Source: Lytechinus pictus
Taxonomy: Eukaryota
NCBI RefSeq assembly: GCF_037042905.1
Contig: NC_087251.1
Span: 8,186,001 to 8,250,000, forward strand
Reading direction: 5' to 3'
Length of the DNA stretch: 64,000 bases
This document shows, piece by piece, positions 1 through 12,642 of this stretch (the stretch's first letter is position 1; every line of letters starts with the position of its first letter). The position numbers and the translations under genes were made by a program. Below the pieces are notes generated by a model. It was not told the DNA's origin and did no database searches. It was given only the letters and a program-made list of their open reading frames with translations.

Positions 1-673
1 ATTCATTAGGTGGGCTGGTGATGACAATGGGATTGTCCTTGCTTATGAGGACTGCTATTTTTCACTTCCCCTGCAGGACAGACAGTCAACAGCAATGACA
101 AGGATTATGGCAGTGCTACAAAAGGATTCAGTGACCTCCATTCCACGGCCCTGTTCACCATGTACTTTTTTACGTCTAGCCGTCTTCCAACAATCTTGTT
201 GTGAAACCCGATTTGTTTACATTGACTCGATTGGCATCGGCACTTGACAGGTGAATGAACTTTCTTAGATTTCTTGTGTGGGTGGGGAAATCTTTGAAAA
301 CTGAGAGTGAGACAGTCCCTGCAAACTAGGACTAGATCTATCCAAATTTTCTGACCAGCTCCTCTACTGAAATTTTAGAAAGTGTTATATAGATCTAGGC
401 CTTTTATTATTCCTTCAAGTTCAAAGACTGATTTCAATCAAAGTCACATTTTCAGTATTTTGTCTGATTTTTCTTTAGACTCTAGATCCCTAGTCTAGGG
501 TCTAGATTCTAACTTTTACAAGACCTAGATTCTAAGACCCTGTATCTGTTCCCTTCAATTTGATCATATTACTTTCATCCTGGAGTGCCCTTTTAATCAG
601 TCAATTTCATGTAAGAGTGGTGGGGTATTCTGCACTCGTTCCTTTGCTTTTATTTTTTTTAATCTTGACTTTG

Positions 674-1306
674 GGCGCTAATGCAGTTTCGCACCGGCTG
701 ACTACCTATACCAGCAGTACCGTACCAGCATACATCACCACCAGTAATTGTTCGCCAATGTCATGGCAAGGCTCTCAGTCACATTTCGAGGTCAATAATA
801 TGCCCACCGCTTTTCCAAATATCGTGTTTGGGATTGGCTGTATTTAGCTCTGATCTCAACGTTATCGTTCAACTTCTCAGACATCGCTTCGCTTGGCCTC
901 GCCGTAATTTTGATGGACTGAAGTTAGTGACCAAAAGATTTGCCTGGCCTGCGGCAGCTCACCCATTTGTATGCCGCCGCATTTTCACATGATTTTGGAT
1001 GCTAACTTTAGTCCAAATAAAAATTACGATGAAGCCAAGCGAAGCGATGTCTGTCCGAGAATCTGAACAACATCGAGATCGAACCCGAAATACATGTACA
1101 GCCTTTCCTGATCGTGGTATTTGGAAAAGTGGTGTGCATATGCATATTGACCGTCACCTTGTGATTCTGATTGAGTTGAGCCAGAGGCCATGAGATGAGG
1201 GACTTTAATTCTAACAATGACTAGGCTGGCATTTCCGAACAATTACTACTGGTGAGGTATGCTGGCAATTGGCCAGTGCAAATCTGGGTCAGTGGCTTCA
1301 GCGCCA
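674..1306. mobile_element. Degenerate non-autonomous TIR element; a second, left-truncated copy at 5197-5814
   Basis: Ends ggcgct.../...agcgcc. Subterminal ccagcatacatcaccaccagtaattgttcg is an imperfect inverted copy of cgaacaattactactggtgaggtatgctgg. Confidence 0.6.
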
Positions 1307-1812
1307 ATCTTTGTTACTCTTTGATTCTTGATCCAACTCCCTGTCCTGCACGACCCTAGCTTCACGTAGCTACGACCTACATAGACCCAGGCCAGGGTAG
1401 CCAGGAGGCTCCTTGAGAGTAAAAATAATTTACTATAAACGTGTGCTTACTTTCCATAAAGCCAGGGATTGCATCCTATTCATGTGCGTGTACCGCGAAA
1501 AAACTGAAACTTTCACCCCCAAGATATCTACTTTCCTTCTAAAAGATCTAGCCCTAAATCATGTAAATAGGATACAACTTCATTTCGGACATTTCTATAT
1601 TGATTTCATTTTTAAACAAGAATTCATTTAAAAAATGAGAAAAATATTATGAAAAGACGGGGAAAACTTGCGGGATGTTTACGACCTCATCTTGTTGATT
1701 TTTGTTCTTCGCCAACGTTACAGACGTCAGACGCATGTCCTCGATATGCGTCTGTAACGTTGGCGAAGAACAAAAAGAAACAAGATGGCGATGTAAGTTT
1801 TCACTGTCTTTT

Positions 1813-3412
1813 CCGCCCTTTTCTTGTTAGCACAAAATCTCCAAATCTACATCATCAATTATCTTCAGAATATCATCAGATATGGGGACTTATCATGTGA
1901 TGTGTATACCGGTAAAACAAGTTCAAGGTCAAAAGGTCATCATGACGTCATCTAGACGCCATTTTGTAAAATCACATTATCAATCATATCTTCATTATCA
2001 ATTTTAAAAAATTAACAATATTTACATCGCATTAACTTCAGGTCAAGGGTCAACTGTCCATGTCATCAAAGGTCATGTAAAGGTCACGACGTGCGCGTAC
2101 GCGCGCGTCAAAATTTTAAAATGCTCAAAATCACTTTTTGACCAAAGTAGAGTACGAATCAGGTCATTTTAAGCATTTCAAAAATTTGCGCGCGCGCACG
2201 GTTACGCTCGCATTCTCGCGCGTAACGGCACTATACAACATAGGATCGGCATCTTTTTAAATATCAATGCATTGATAATATAATTCTGAGTAATTTGATA
2301 CCTTGACCAACCTTCTACGACAAGTAATAACGGAATTAGCCTCCATCAAATTTTACAGCCCGCACGCACGCGCGCACTAACCATAGACAATATATGTGCA
2401 AAAACATGCCTATACAAAACTCATTATAGCTCTTCAGGTAGTCTGTTGACCCCCAATTTTTTTTTCATATTTGAATAGAGTATGGATGGGAGATATGATT
2501 TCATGTCACATTTGACCCGAAATTTTATCATGACGTCATCAAAATGGCGTCGGAACTCAAAATTCCCATTTTACTACTTATGACGTCATCATAATTATGC
2601 AAATTTGACTCTAACTCCATAAATATTGGTCAATTTTCGCTCAGTTTTTTATATATTGTAGCTGAGGACTCACTCTATCTAATGAGTTGGCATTTTCACA
2701 ATTTAAGGAACGGATTATCCCTGAAAATGTTGATTTATAGGGGTATGTCATTTTCGCTCATTTTGTGTGCAATCTCTATGGGAAATGACTTTTTCTCCAA
2801 ACTGGATTTTACATTCCTCTATTTCGCGAGCCATATCTCCATTTCTTTTTTTCGGTTTTCTCTGAGCTTGGAGTATGTTGTAGCTGAGATTGTAAGCTAT
2901 TGCAAGTGTGGTCTCCATTTTCCGATCAGATGCCGGGATCATGCCCGTATTTCACTTGCAAAATTGGATTTGAGATCCTCTTGTTTTGCTTATGTGTAAG
3001 TCTATGGGAAGTGTGTAGCTCAATGGGTAAGGCATGAGACTTGCGTCCTTCGGGTCCAGGGTTCGAGCCCAGGGGGCCGGGGTGAACAGGAGATTTTTTC
3101 TTCTTTTCAACATTTCACAAATGGTCCTTTATGACCATTACAATGTATATCAAATAAAACATTGGACAATAAAAGAGATAAAAATCCCTTTTAATGTACA
3201 ATGTTCCTGTACAATATGTGTATGACCTACACTTTTTCACACAACTTTTTCATTTCCCTCTTTTTCAAGAGTATTCAACACGTTCTTTTCTAAGAGAAGT
3301 TCAGTTTTCATCATGATGATCATATTGATCTCACTACATGCTGATTGTCTTCCTGATCATGAAATCAGAGACAGATCACCTAATTCGTCCTCATGACGAA
3401 TTAAAATTCTAG
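1813..3412 (+). mobile_element. Helitron/Helentron-like non-autonomous element with an embedded tRNA-like segment; duplicate at ~6321-7920; a solo 3' end at ~26920-26962
   Basis: 3' end has a 9-bp-stem hairpin (taattcgtc-ctcat-gacgaatta, 3381-3403) followed by CTAG|T at 3409-3413, the classic Helitron terminus. Interior is rich in aaggtca. The 5' boundary is approximate. Confidence 0.6.
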
Positions 3413-3794
3413 TTTTTATTTATTTTTGGTGCGTTTCAGGCCAAAACAGAATAATGATCTTTATTTTGGTATAGTGAGCGATTGTATTACCGACCGGCCT
3501 TGTATTATCGAACGCGTGCATCATACCCATCAGAAAATAATTTCATAAGCTCAAAATTTTGCGACATCCTTCCAAAGAGAACTTGAATAGAAAGATGATG
3601 AAAAATGGTCAAAAACACATTTTCAAAGTCTTAATATTCTAAAAATAATAAAATATGGTCAAAATAGCTCATCAGTGATTTTGTAGTTTTCTCAACTTTT
3701 CCCATAGAATCACACGTTCGGTAATACGATACCTTTTTCAAGTGACCAAAATATTTCACATGCGAAGAGGGGTCCGATTGGAAGCTTATATTGT

Positions 3795-4603
3795 AACAAG
3801 TGGAATGCCTCTGGCCGTCTCACCTGCATCACGCGATTCAATAGAGCAGCAGTGCTGATTTTGAAAACTACTATAACTCGCACAAGACGTTCAGTGATAC
3901 TTGGTTACTCTTATTTCCACGTTTTATGAACTAGACCAATACACTTATAGAGATATGATGGCAATTCAACAAATACCCCCAACGTGGCCAAAGTTCTTTG
4001 ACCTTACATGACCTTTGACCTTGATCATGTGACCTGAAACTCGCACAGGATGTTCAGTGATACTTGATTACTATTATGTCCAAGTTTTATGAACTAGACC
4101 AACACACTTTCAAATTTATGGCTGTAATTCAACAAATACCCCCAATTCGGCCAAAGTTCATTGACCCTAAATTACCTTTGACCTTGGTCATGTGATGTGA
4201 AACTCAAGCAGGATGTTCAGTGATACTTGATTAACCTTATGTATAAGTTTCATGAACTAGGTCCATATATTTTCTAAGTTATGATGACATTTCAAAAACT
4301 TAACCTTAGGTTAAGATTTTGATGTTGATTCCCCCAACATGGTCTAAGTTCATTGACCCTAAATGACCTTTGACCTTGGTCATGTGACATGAAACTCAGG
4401 CAGGATGTTCAGTAATACTTGATTAACCTTATGGCCAAGTTTCATGAACTAGGTCCATATACTTTCTAAGTTATGCTGTCATTTCAAAAACTTAACCTCA
4501 GGTTAAGATTTGGTGTTGACGCCGCCGTCGCCGTCGCCGCCGCCGCCGCCGTCGGAAAAGCGGCGCCTATAGTCTCACTCTGCTATGCAGGTGAGACAAA
4601 AAA
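3795..4603 (-). mobile_element. HINE/DINE-1/pearl-type non-autonomous Helentron, family A copy 1 (one unit shorter)
   Basis: Subterminal inverted repeats gtctcacctgcat / atgcaggtgagac, a (GCC)n microsatellite near one end, internal ~160-bp tandem units (tgacctttgacc...gaactag), A/T-run ends. Confidence 0.8.
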
Positions 4604-7600
4604 GGAAAACGATTTCGGCAAAATTTTTACATATTTATATTTTGTAGGTAATTGTGTATTTATGTTAAAAGTTTGGTGAATTTCATGAGAATAATGTATT
4701 TGATATGATTGAATTCATGAAAATTGTTCGGTAATATGATCCACTACCACCATACAGTTGCAGTTCTTTTAATTATATATAAAAGACAAAATTCGATGAG
4801 CCCGCCGTCGGGGGGATTTTGCATTGTCTGAATTTTTACCATCTAATGGTGGCTGCACGATAGCGAGCCGTCTGTGTACGAGGAGAAATAAAAAAAATGT
4901 AAAAAAACTCCTCAAAACAAATGGCTGCCAGGGGCCCGTTTCTCAACACCGTCATAAGTCTAACTTCTTGACTAAATCGGAGATAGTGAGCTACTTATCC
5001 GCTAACCGTTTCACAAAGCCCTCTTTACCAAGATCGGGTAAAACAACCTCATTAAATATTTATGACACCTCCGAACCTGTCATAATTTCTTTCTTAATGA
5101 CGTATGGCATCACGTGGGTAGACTATGACATGCAAAAGTGCCTAGAAATTTTGCAATTATAATCTTACGTAATCAATCATAGAGGTTGAAATTACATCGC
5201 ACCGGCTGACTACCTATACCAGCAGTACCGTACCAGCATACATCACCACCAGTAATTGTTCGCCAATGTCATGGCAAGGCTCTCAGTCACATTTCGAGGT
5301 CAATAATATGCCCACCGCTTTTCCAAATATCGTGTTTGGGATTGGCTGTATTTAGCTCTGATCTCAACGTTATCGTTCAACTTCTCAGACATCGCTTCGC
5401 TTGGCCTCGCCGTAATTTTGATGGACTGAAGTTAGTGACCAAAAGATTTGCCTGGCCTGCGGCAGCTCACCCATTTGTATGCCGCCGCATTTTCACATGA
5501 TTTTGGATGCTAGCTTTAGTCCAAATAAAAATTACGATGAAGCCAAGCGAAGCGATGTCTGTCCGAGAATCTGAACAACATCGAGATCGAACCCGAAATA
5601 CATGTACAGCCTTTCCTGATCGTGGTATTTGGAAAAGTGGTGTGCATATGCATATTGACCGTCACCTTGTGATTCTGATTGAGTTGAGCCAGAGGCCATG
5701 AGATGAGGGACTTTAATTCTAACAATGACTAGGCTGGCATTTCCGAACAATTACTACTGGTGAGGTATGCTGGCAATTGGCCAGTGCAAATCTGGGTCAG
5801 TGGCTTCAGCGCCAATCTTTGTTACTCTTTGATTCTTGATCCAACTCCCTGTCCTGCACGACCCTAGCTTCACGTAGCTACGACCTATATAGACCCAGGC
5901 CAGGGTAGCCAGGAGGCTCCTTGAGAGTAAAAATAATTTACTATAAACGTGTGCTTACTTTCCATAAAGCCAGGGATTGCATCCTATTCATGTGCGTGTA
6001 CCGCGAAAAAACTGAAACTTTCACCCCCAAGATATCTACTTTCCTCCTAAAAGATCTAGCCCTAAATCATGTAAATAGGATACAACTTCATTTCGGACAT
6101 TTCTATATTGATTTCATTTTTAAACAAGAATTCATTTAAAAAATGAGAAAAATATTATGAAAAGACGGGGAAAACTTGCGGGATGTTTACGACCTCATCT
6201 TGTTGATTTTTGTTCTTCGCCAACGTTACAGACGTCAGACGCATGTCCTCGATATGCGTCTGTAACGTTGGCGAAGAACAAAAAGAAACAAGATGGCGAT
6301 GTAAGTTTTCACTGTCTTTTCCGCCCTTTTCTTGTTAGCACAAAATCTCCAAATCTACATCATCAATTATCTTCAGAATATCATCAGATATGGGGACTTA
6401 TCATGTGATGTGTATACCGGTAAAACAAGTTCAAGGTCAAAAGGTCATCATGACGTCATCTAGACGCCATTTTGTAAAATCACATTATCAATCATATCTT
6501 CATTATCAATTTTAAAAAATTAACAATATTTACATCGCATTAACTTCAGGTCAAGGGTCAACTGTCCATGTCATCAAAGGTCATGTAAAGGTCACGACGT
6601 GCGCGTACGCGCGCGTCAAAATTTTAAAATGCTCAAAATCACTTTTTGACCAAAGTAGAGTACGAATCAGGTCATTTTAAGCATTTCAAAAATTTGCGCG
6701 CGCGCACGGTTACGCTCGCATTCTCGCGCGTAACGGCACTATACAACATAGGATCGGCATCTTTTTAAATATCAATGCATTGATAATATAATTCTGAGTA
6801 ATTTGATACCTTGACCAACCTTCTACGACAAGTAATAACGGAATTAGCCTCCATCAAATTTTACAGCCCGCACGCACGCGCGCACTAACCATAGACAATA
6901 TATGTGCAAAAACATGCCTATACAAAACTCATTATAGCTCTTCAGGTAGTCTGTTGACCCCCAATTTTTTTTTCATATTTGAATAGAGTATGGATGGGAG
7001 ATATGATTTCATGTCACATTTGACCCGAAATTTTATCATGACGTCATCAAAATGGCGTCGGAACTCAAAATTCCCATTTTACTACTTATGACGTCATCAT
7101 AATTATGCAAATTTGACTCTAACTCCATAAATATTGGTCAATTTTCGCTCAGTTTTTTATATATTGTAGCTGAGGACTCACTCTATCTAATGAGTTGGCA
7201 TTTTCACAATTTAAGGAACGGATTATCCCTGAAAATGTTGATTTATAGGGGTATGTCATTTTCGCTCATTTTGTGTGCAATCTCTATGGGAAATGACTTT
7301 TTCTCCAAACTGGATTTTACATTCCTCTATTTCGCGAGCCATATCTCCATTTCTTTTTTTCGGTTTTCTCTGAGCTTGGAGTATGTTGTAGCTGAGATTG
7401 TAAGCTATTGCAAGTGTGGTCTCCATTTTCCGATCAGATGCCGGGATCATGCCCGTATTTCACTTGCAAAATTGGATTTGAGATCCTCTTGTTTTGCTTA
7501 TGTGTAAGTCTATGGGAAGTGTGTAGCTCAATGGGTAAGGCATGAGACTTGCGTCCTTCGGGTCCAGGGTTCGAGCCCAGGGGGCCGGGGTGAACAGGAG

Positions 7601-8302
7601 ATTTTTTCTTCTTTTCAACATTTCACAAATGGTCCTTTATGACCATTACAATGTATATCAAATAAAACATTGGACAATAAAAGAGATAAAAATCCCTTTT
7701 AATGTACAATGTTCCTGTACAATATGTGTATGACCTACACTTTTTCACACAACTTTTTCATTTCCCTCTTTTTCAAGAGTATTCAACACGTTCTTTTCTA
7801 AGAGAAGTTCAGTTTTCATCATGATGATCATATTGATCTCACTACATGCTGATTGTCTTCCTGATCATGAAATCAGAGACAGATCACCTAATTCGTCCTC
7901 ATGACGAATTAAAATTCTAGTTTTTATTTATTTTTGGTGCGTTTCAGGCCAAAACAGAATAATGATCTTTATTTTGGTATAGTGAGCGATTGTATTACCG
8001 ACCGGCCTTGTATTATCGAACGCGTGCATCATACCCATCAGAAAATAATTTCATAAGCTCAAAATTTTGCGACATCCTTCCAAAGAGAACTTGAATAGAA
8101 AGATGATGAAAAATGGTCAAAAACACATTTTCAAAGTCTTAATATTCTAAAAATAATAAAATATGGTCAAAATAGCTCATCAGTGATTTTGTAGTTTTCT
8201 CAACTTTTCCCATAGAATCACACGTTCGGTAATACGATACCTTTTTCAAGTGACCAAAATATTTCACATGCGAAGAGGGGTCCGATTGGAAGCTTATATT
8301 GT

Positions 8303-9269
8303 AACAAGTGGAATGCCTCTGGCCGTCTCACCTGCATCACGCGATTCAATAGAGCAGCAGTGCTGATTTTGAAAACTACTATAACTCGCACAAGACGTTC
8401 AGTGATACTTGGTTACTCTTATTTCCACGTTTTATGAACTAGACCAATACACTTATAGAGATATGATGGCAATTCAACAAATACCCCCAACGTGGCCAAA
8501 GTTCTTTGACCTTACATGACCTTTGACCTTGATCATGTGACCTGAAACTCGCACAGGATGTTCAGTGATACTTGATTACTATTATGTCCAAGTTTTATGA
8601 ACTAGACCAACACACTTTCAAATTTATGGCTGTAATTCAACAAATACCCCAATTTGGCCAAAGTTCATTGACCCTAAATGACCTTTGACCTTGATCATGT
8701 GACCTGAAACTTGCACAGGATGTTCAGTAATACTTGATTACTATTATGTCCAAGTTTCATGAATCAGATCCATAAACTTTCAAAGTTATGATGGTAATTC
8801 AACAGATACCCCCAATTCGGCCAAAGTTCATTGACCCTAAATTACCTTTGACCTTGGTCATGTGATGTGAAACTCAAGCAGGATGTTCAGTGATACTTGA
8901 TTAACCTTATGTATAAGTTTCATGAACTAGGTCCATATATTTTCTAAGTTATGATGACATTTCAAAAACTTAACCTTAGGTTAAGATTTTGATGTTGATT
9001 CCCCCAACATGGTCTAAGTTCATTGACCCTAAATGACCTTTGACCTTGGTCATGTGACATGAAACTCAGGCAGGATGTTCAGTAATACTTGATTAACCTT
9101 ATGGCCAAGTTTCATGAACTAGGTCCATATACTTTCTAAGTTATGCTGTCATTTCAAAAACTTAACCTCAGGTTAAGATTTGGTGTTGACGCCGCCGTCG
9201 CCGTCGCCGCCGCCGCCGTCGGAAAAGCGGCGCCTATAGTCTCACTCTGCTATGCAGGTGAGACAAAAA
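8303..9269 (-). mobile_element. HINE-type element, family A copy 2
   Basis: Same structure as 3795-4603, plus one extra 162-bp unit. Confidence 0.8.
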
Positions 9270-9597
9270 GGAAAACGATTTCGGCAAAATTTTTACATAT
9301 TTATATTTTGTAGGTAATTGTGTATTTATGTTAAAAGTTTGGTGAATTTCATGAGAATAATGTATTTGATATGATTGAATTCATGAAAATTGTTCGGTAA
9401 TATGATCCACTACCACCATACAGTTGCAGTTCTTTTAATTATATATAAAAGACAAAATTCGATGAGCCCGCCGTCGGGGGGATTTTGCATTGTCTGAATT
9501 TTTACCATCTAATGGTGGCTGCACGATAGCGAGCCGTCTGTGTACGAGGAGAAATAAAAAAAATGTAAAAAAACTCCTCAAAACAAATGGCTGCCAG

Positions 9598-10667
9598 GGG
9601 CCCGTTTCTCAACACCGTCATAAGTCTAACTTCTTGACTAAATCGGAGATAGTGAGCTACTTATCCGCTAACCGTTTCACAAAGCCCTCTTTACCAAGAT
9701 CGGGTAAAACAACCTCATTAAATATTTATGACACCTCCGAACCTGTCATAATTTCTTTCTTAATGACGTATGGCATCACGTGGGTAGACTATGACATGCA
9801 AAAGTGCCTAGAAATTTTGCAATTATAATCTTACGTAATCAATCATAGAGGTTGAAATTACATCACAAAACAAGTGGGTTAATGCATTCAATGATAATTG
9901 TAATACAATGAAACTATAAAAACTGTTGATAAGACGCCACAAAACCATTCATTTTGAAATAGTAGAATGATTTAATCGATAAAGATTCTACCACGTCAGG
10001 CCATCCATAACTGAACTCGTATTTGTTGTTTTCAGACCCCAGTTTCAGACAGTTGGATAAATTCTATCTCTAATTCATGCATATTACAATTTGTCAAATA
10101 TCGTATGTTTCGGTATCAATGATTAAAAATGTTTCATTGAACTACATTTTGATGACGTTTGGAATCGTAAAAGACCGTATAATTATCATCATTTTACAAA
10201 GAAAACCATTATGGTTTACTTTTGTAAACTATCAATATAGGATATCCCGGGGATACCCATCTCAACGTCCACAAGTGATTTTTTAGTCATGAAATGAATG
10301 ATTCATAATTTAATTTTCTCTGTAATTGAATGCTCCATTCTTCATGGTCTAACTCTATGCATAATTCACCTGTGCTATTATTTTGAAAATATTTTTTCCC
10401 CAATTTATCACAATATTTGCAATTTTGTCATAATTTTTCTTCTTGAAAATTAATAATTAGGCCTAGGCCTAGGCCCTATGCTATTTTGACTTTTGTGACT
10501 AAGGCTGTCTAAGGCTACGTCTCGTCTGCTCTTTTCACCGATAGTATCATCGATATCAAGGTATTCTAGTTAGGAAGCCTTTCGAGAAACAGGTTTAGTA
10601 AGATTGGAACTAACTCCGTGGTTGGTGGATAAAGATTCTAACTTGCCATGTGTTGAGAAACGGGCCC
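9598..10667. mobile_element. PIF/Harbinger-like MITE; truncated duplicate at 4932-5198
   Basis: TIRs gggcccgtttctcaacac / gtgttgagaaacgggccc; 3-bp CAG TSD at 9595-9597 and 10668-10670. Confidence 0.85.
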
Positions 10668-10768
10668 CAGCCAGTCAGGGCCATGAGCTCCGCCGCGCCG
10701 GCGCGGCTTGGCCTGGCTGCCCTGAGCTCCCTGGCCCAGGCCGGCAAGGCTGAGCTGAGTTAACAAAC

Positions 10769-10978
10769 CTGCACTGCTTCTCGGAGACGATAACAAACAT
10801 CTTCTGCTAAAATTGCTGCTGTTTCCTCAGACAGTCTGTCATGCCCTGCAGACTCTGCCATGGTCTTGATTGATTCTTTAGAAAAGATCGCATACTTTTT
10901 CTCATCAGTAGCTTTCGGTTTTTCCTCTTTGATTTGTTGAGGTTTTGCACAGGATGCGTTTGAGCTTGTCTCCCCCAT
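10769..10978 (-). CDS. TAF6L: TAF6-like RNA polymerase II p300/CBP-associated factor (SAGA/STAGA histone-fold subunit), first coding exon; the gene continues left of the window
   Basis: 70 codons, MGETSS...KKYAIFSKESIKTMAESAGHDRLSEETAAILAEDVCYRLREAVQ, closely resembling the recalled human TAF6L N-terminus (ESVRLMAES...AALLAEDVCYRLREATQ). Ends at a phase-0 donor CAG/GTTTGT. A pyrimidine tract plus AG lies 2 nt before the ATG. No convincing next exon in 1-10768. Confidence 0.9.
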
Positions 10979-11004
10979 TGCTGCAATAAAGACAAAGTGC
11001 AAAC

Positions 11005-12642
11005 CAACGAACGTAGAGGGCAGCAACACACGACAGTGTTGCTTTTAGGAAGGTCCACTCCGCTCAGATTTTGTGACCACTTAAGCCCCGCCCCTCACTC
11101 AGCGCACTTTTTTGGTAGATTGTAGAGTTGATTTTTTTTCGTTTGTTCAATTTTATTATTTTTTATGGATACTGAAAACTCCACGAAATAATGTAAATAT
11201 TCTTTAATAACTGTTTATTTATTTTTTGAAAAAAGTAAGGCAAAACGTAATCATGATTCTTGTAGTTTGCACATCAATAAACATACATAGTCTGATGACA
11301 TTGAATTACCTCTTTTCTGCTTAATTTCGCTGCCCCTACAAAGCTACACCAGCCAACACGAGAGCCAATACCTTGATCTTCTGGCATAGCCGCGCCGGAA
11401 CTTCCGGGACACATCGGTGCGTGTACTGCGCAAATGCAATGCTGGCCGCACTAGCAGGACTGGCAGGATATCTAGACGCTACTCGACTTAGTCAGATATA
11501 GACTTGAACGATATGGACTTAATCTGTCATTGATGTGGCACTAACTGCCAGTTGCAACGAGAAATGATCAAGGTTAGGATCCGAATTTTCCCCTACAGTG
11601 TAGATCGGAGTCTGAAAGTATAAAAGAATTAATCGCGATATCCACGAATCCGACCCAACTTTTTTGCAAGACATCAGGCAGAGCTCGAATACGGCCACCA
11701 GTCAAGCTCAAGCCCAGGTAAGTCCTAGTCTAAAGTTTGACCTAATTAACAGACCAAAATTATCTGGTCCAGTATCGAGCCATATATGTTTTGACGGGCC
11801 TTGACTTGTGAACTATCAAGAGACGAAGGTATATGTCACAGCTACTTTTTTCATTCCATAATTTCATCCTAATTTGTGCAATTAGCATGCACAAATACCA
11901 GCCAACCGTATCCTACCTTCGCATCGACCGGCCGGCCGGGGCGCTGGCGCGGTCAGCCATGGCGCTTGCACTCAAGCGATGGCACTGTTGCTGGATTGTG
12001 TAGGCGCATTAATGTGGTGCAGCGAAACATAGATGAAGAATGTTCAACCTCACGTGTATTTGTTATCATGTTGATATGCGAAAGTCATGAAATTGTTTTC
12101 ACCACTACGTAATATTTTAGGAAAAATACAGAAATAGATATTGAATACTTTTATGCTTGATATTTGCTGTAAAAGTCTATCAAGTAAAAATGTTGAAAAT
12201 TAGGAAATAAAAAAAAATCAACTCTACAATTTACTAAAAAAGTGCGCTGAGTGAGGGGCGGAGCTTAATAGCGGTCACAAAATGAGCTTGACTAAATCGG
12301 GGTGAAATTAGCAGATTGGTTTATTTGATGGCATAATTAATCCTGTTTACTGAAGAATTAAAAAAACAAAAGACAATAATCTGGTAATATTTTTAATTTT
12401 GAAATGTGGTACATTTTTTGTCAATTGTTTTTATATTTTTCTATTTCTATTATTGGGATTTAGTCTTGTCATAATCTGTTATTTTACCTCTATTTTGTTA
12501 TTAATCTCTGAATGTATCGCGTCGGTTCATGGTTTCGTTGGCATGCCTACCAAATTGTGCGCGCACTTCATTTGTATGCGCGTATCGAGTGGACCTTCCT
12601 AAAAGCAACACTGTCGTGTGTTGCTGCCCTCTACGTTCGTTG
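11005..12642. mobile_element. Non-autonomous P-like (or hAT) DNA transposon between TAF6L and MRPL33
   Basis: Perfect 56-bp TIRs (11005-11060 / 12587-12642, CAACGAACGTAGAGGGCAGCAACACACG...). 8-bp TSD GTGCAAAC at 10997-11004 and 12643-12650. Extra degenerate inner inverted repeat ~11062-11140 vs ~12204-12287. Confidence 0.88.

Larger units (their letters stand above)
689..9864. repeat. Tandem segmental duplication, copies 689-5198 and 5197-9864
   Basis: The same sequence recurs at offset 4508 (4666 after the internal indels). Only a few SNPs were seen. The junction has 2-bp TC microhomology. Confidence 0.97.

Noticed and set aside
100..300. Possible next TAF6L exon (ARRKK / NRAVEWRS on the minus strand)
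   Set aside because: The two look-alike peptides are in different frames, and no splice sites give a coherent histone-fold continuation.
3010..3080. Functional tRNA gene (also 33600-33678)
   Set aside because: A and B boxes are present but there is no proper cloverleaf; both are embedded in repeat elements.
3900..4500. CRISPR-like regular repeats (also 39200-43900 and 59700-60600)
   Set aside because: Units are whole tandem monomers without unique spacers, there are no cas genes, and the context is eukaryotic.
560..9828. Duplicated short ORFs in the ORF track
   Set aside because: They lie in TE sequence and recur only because of the tandem duplication; no recognisable protein similarity.
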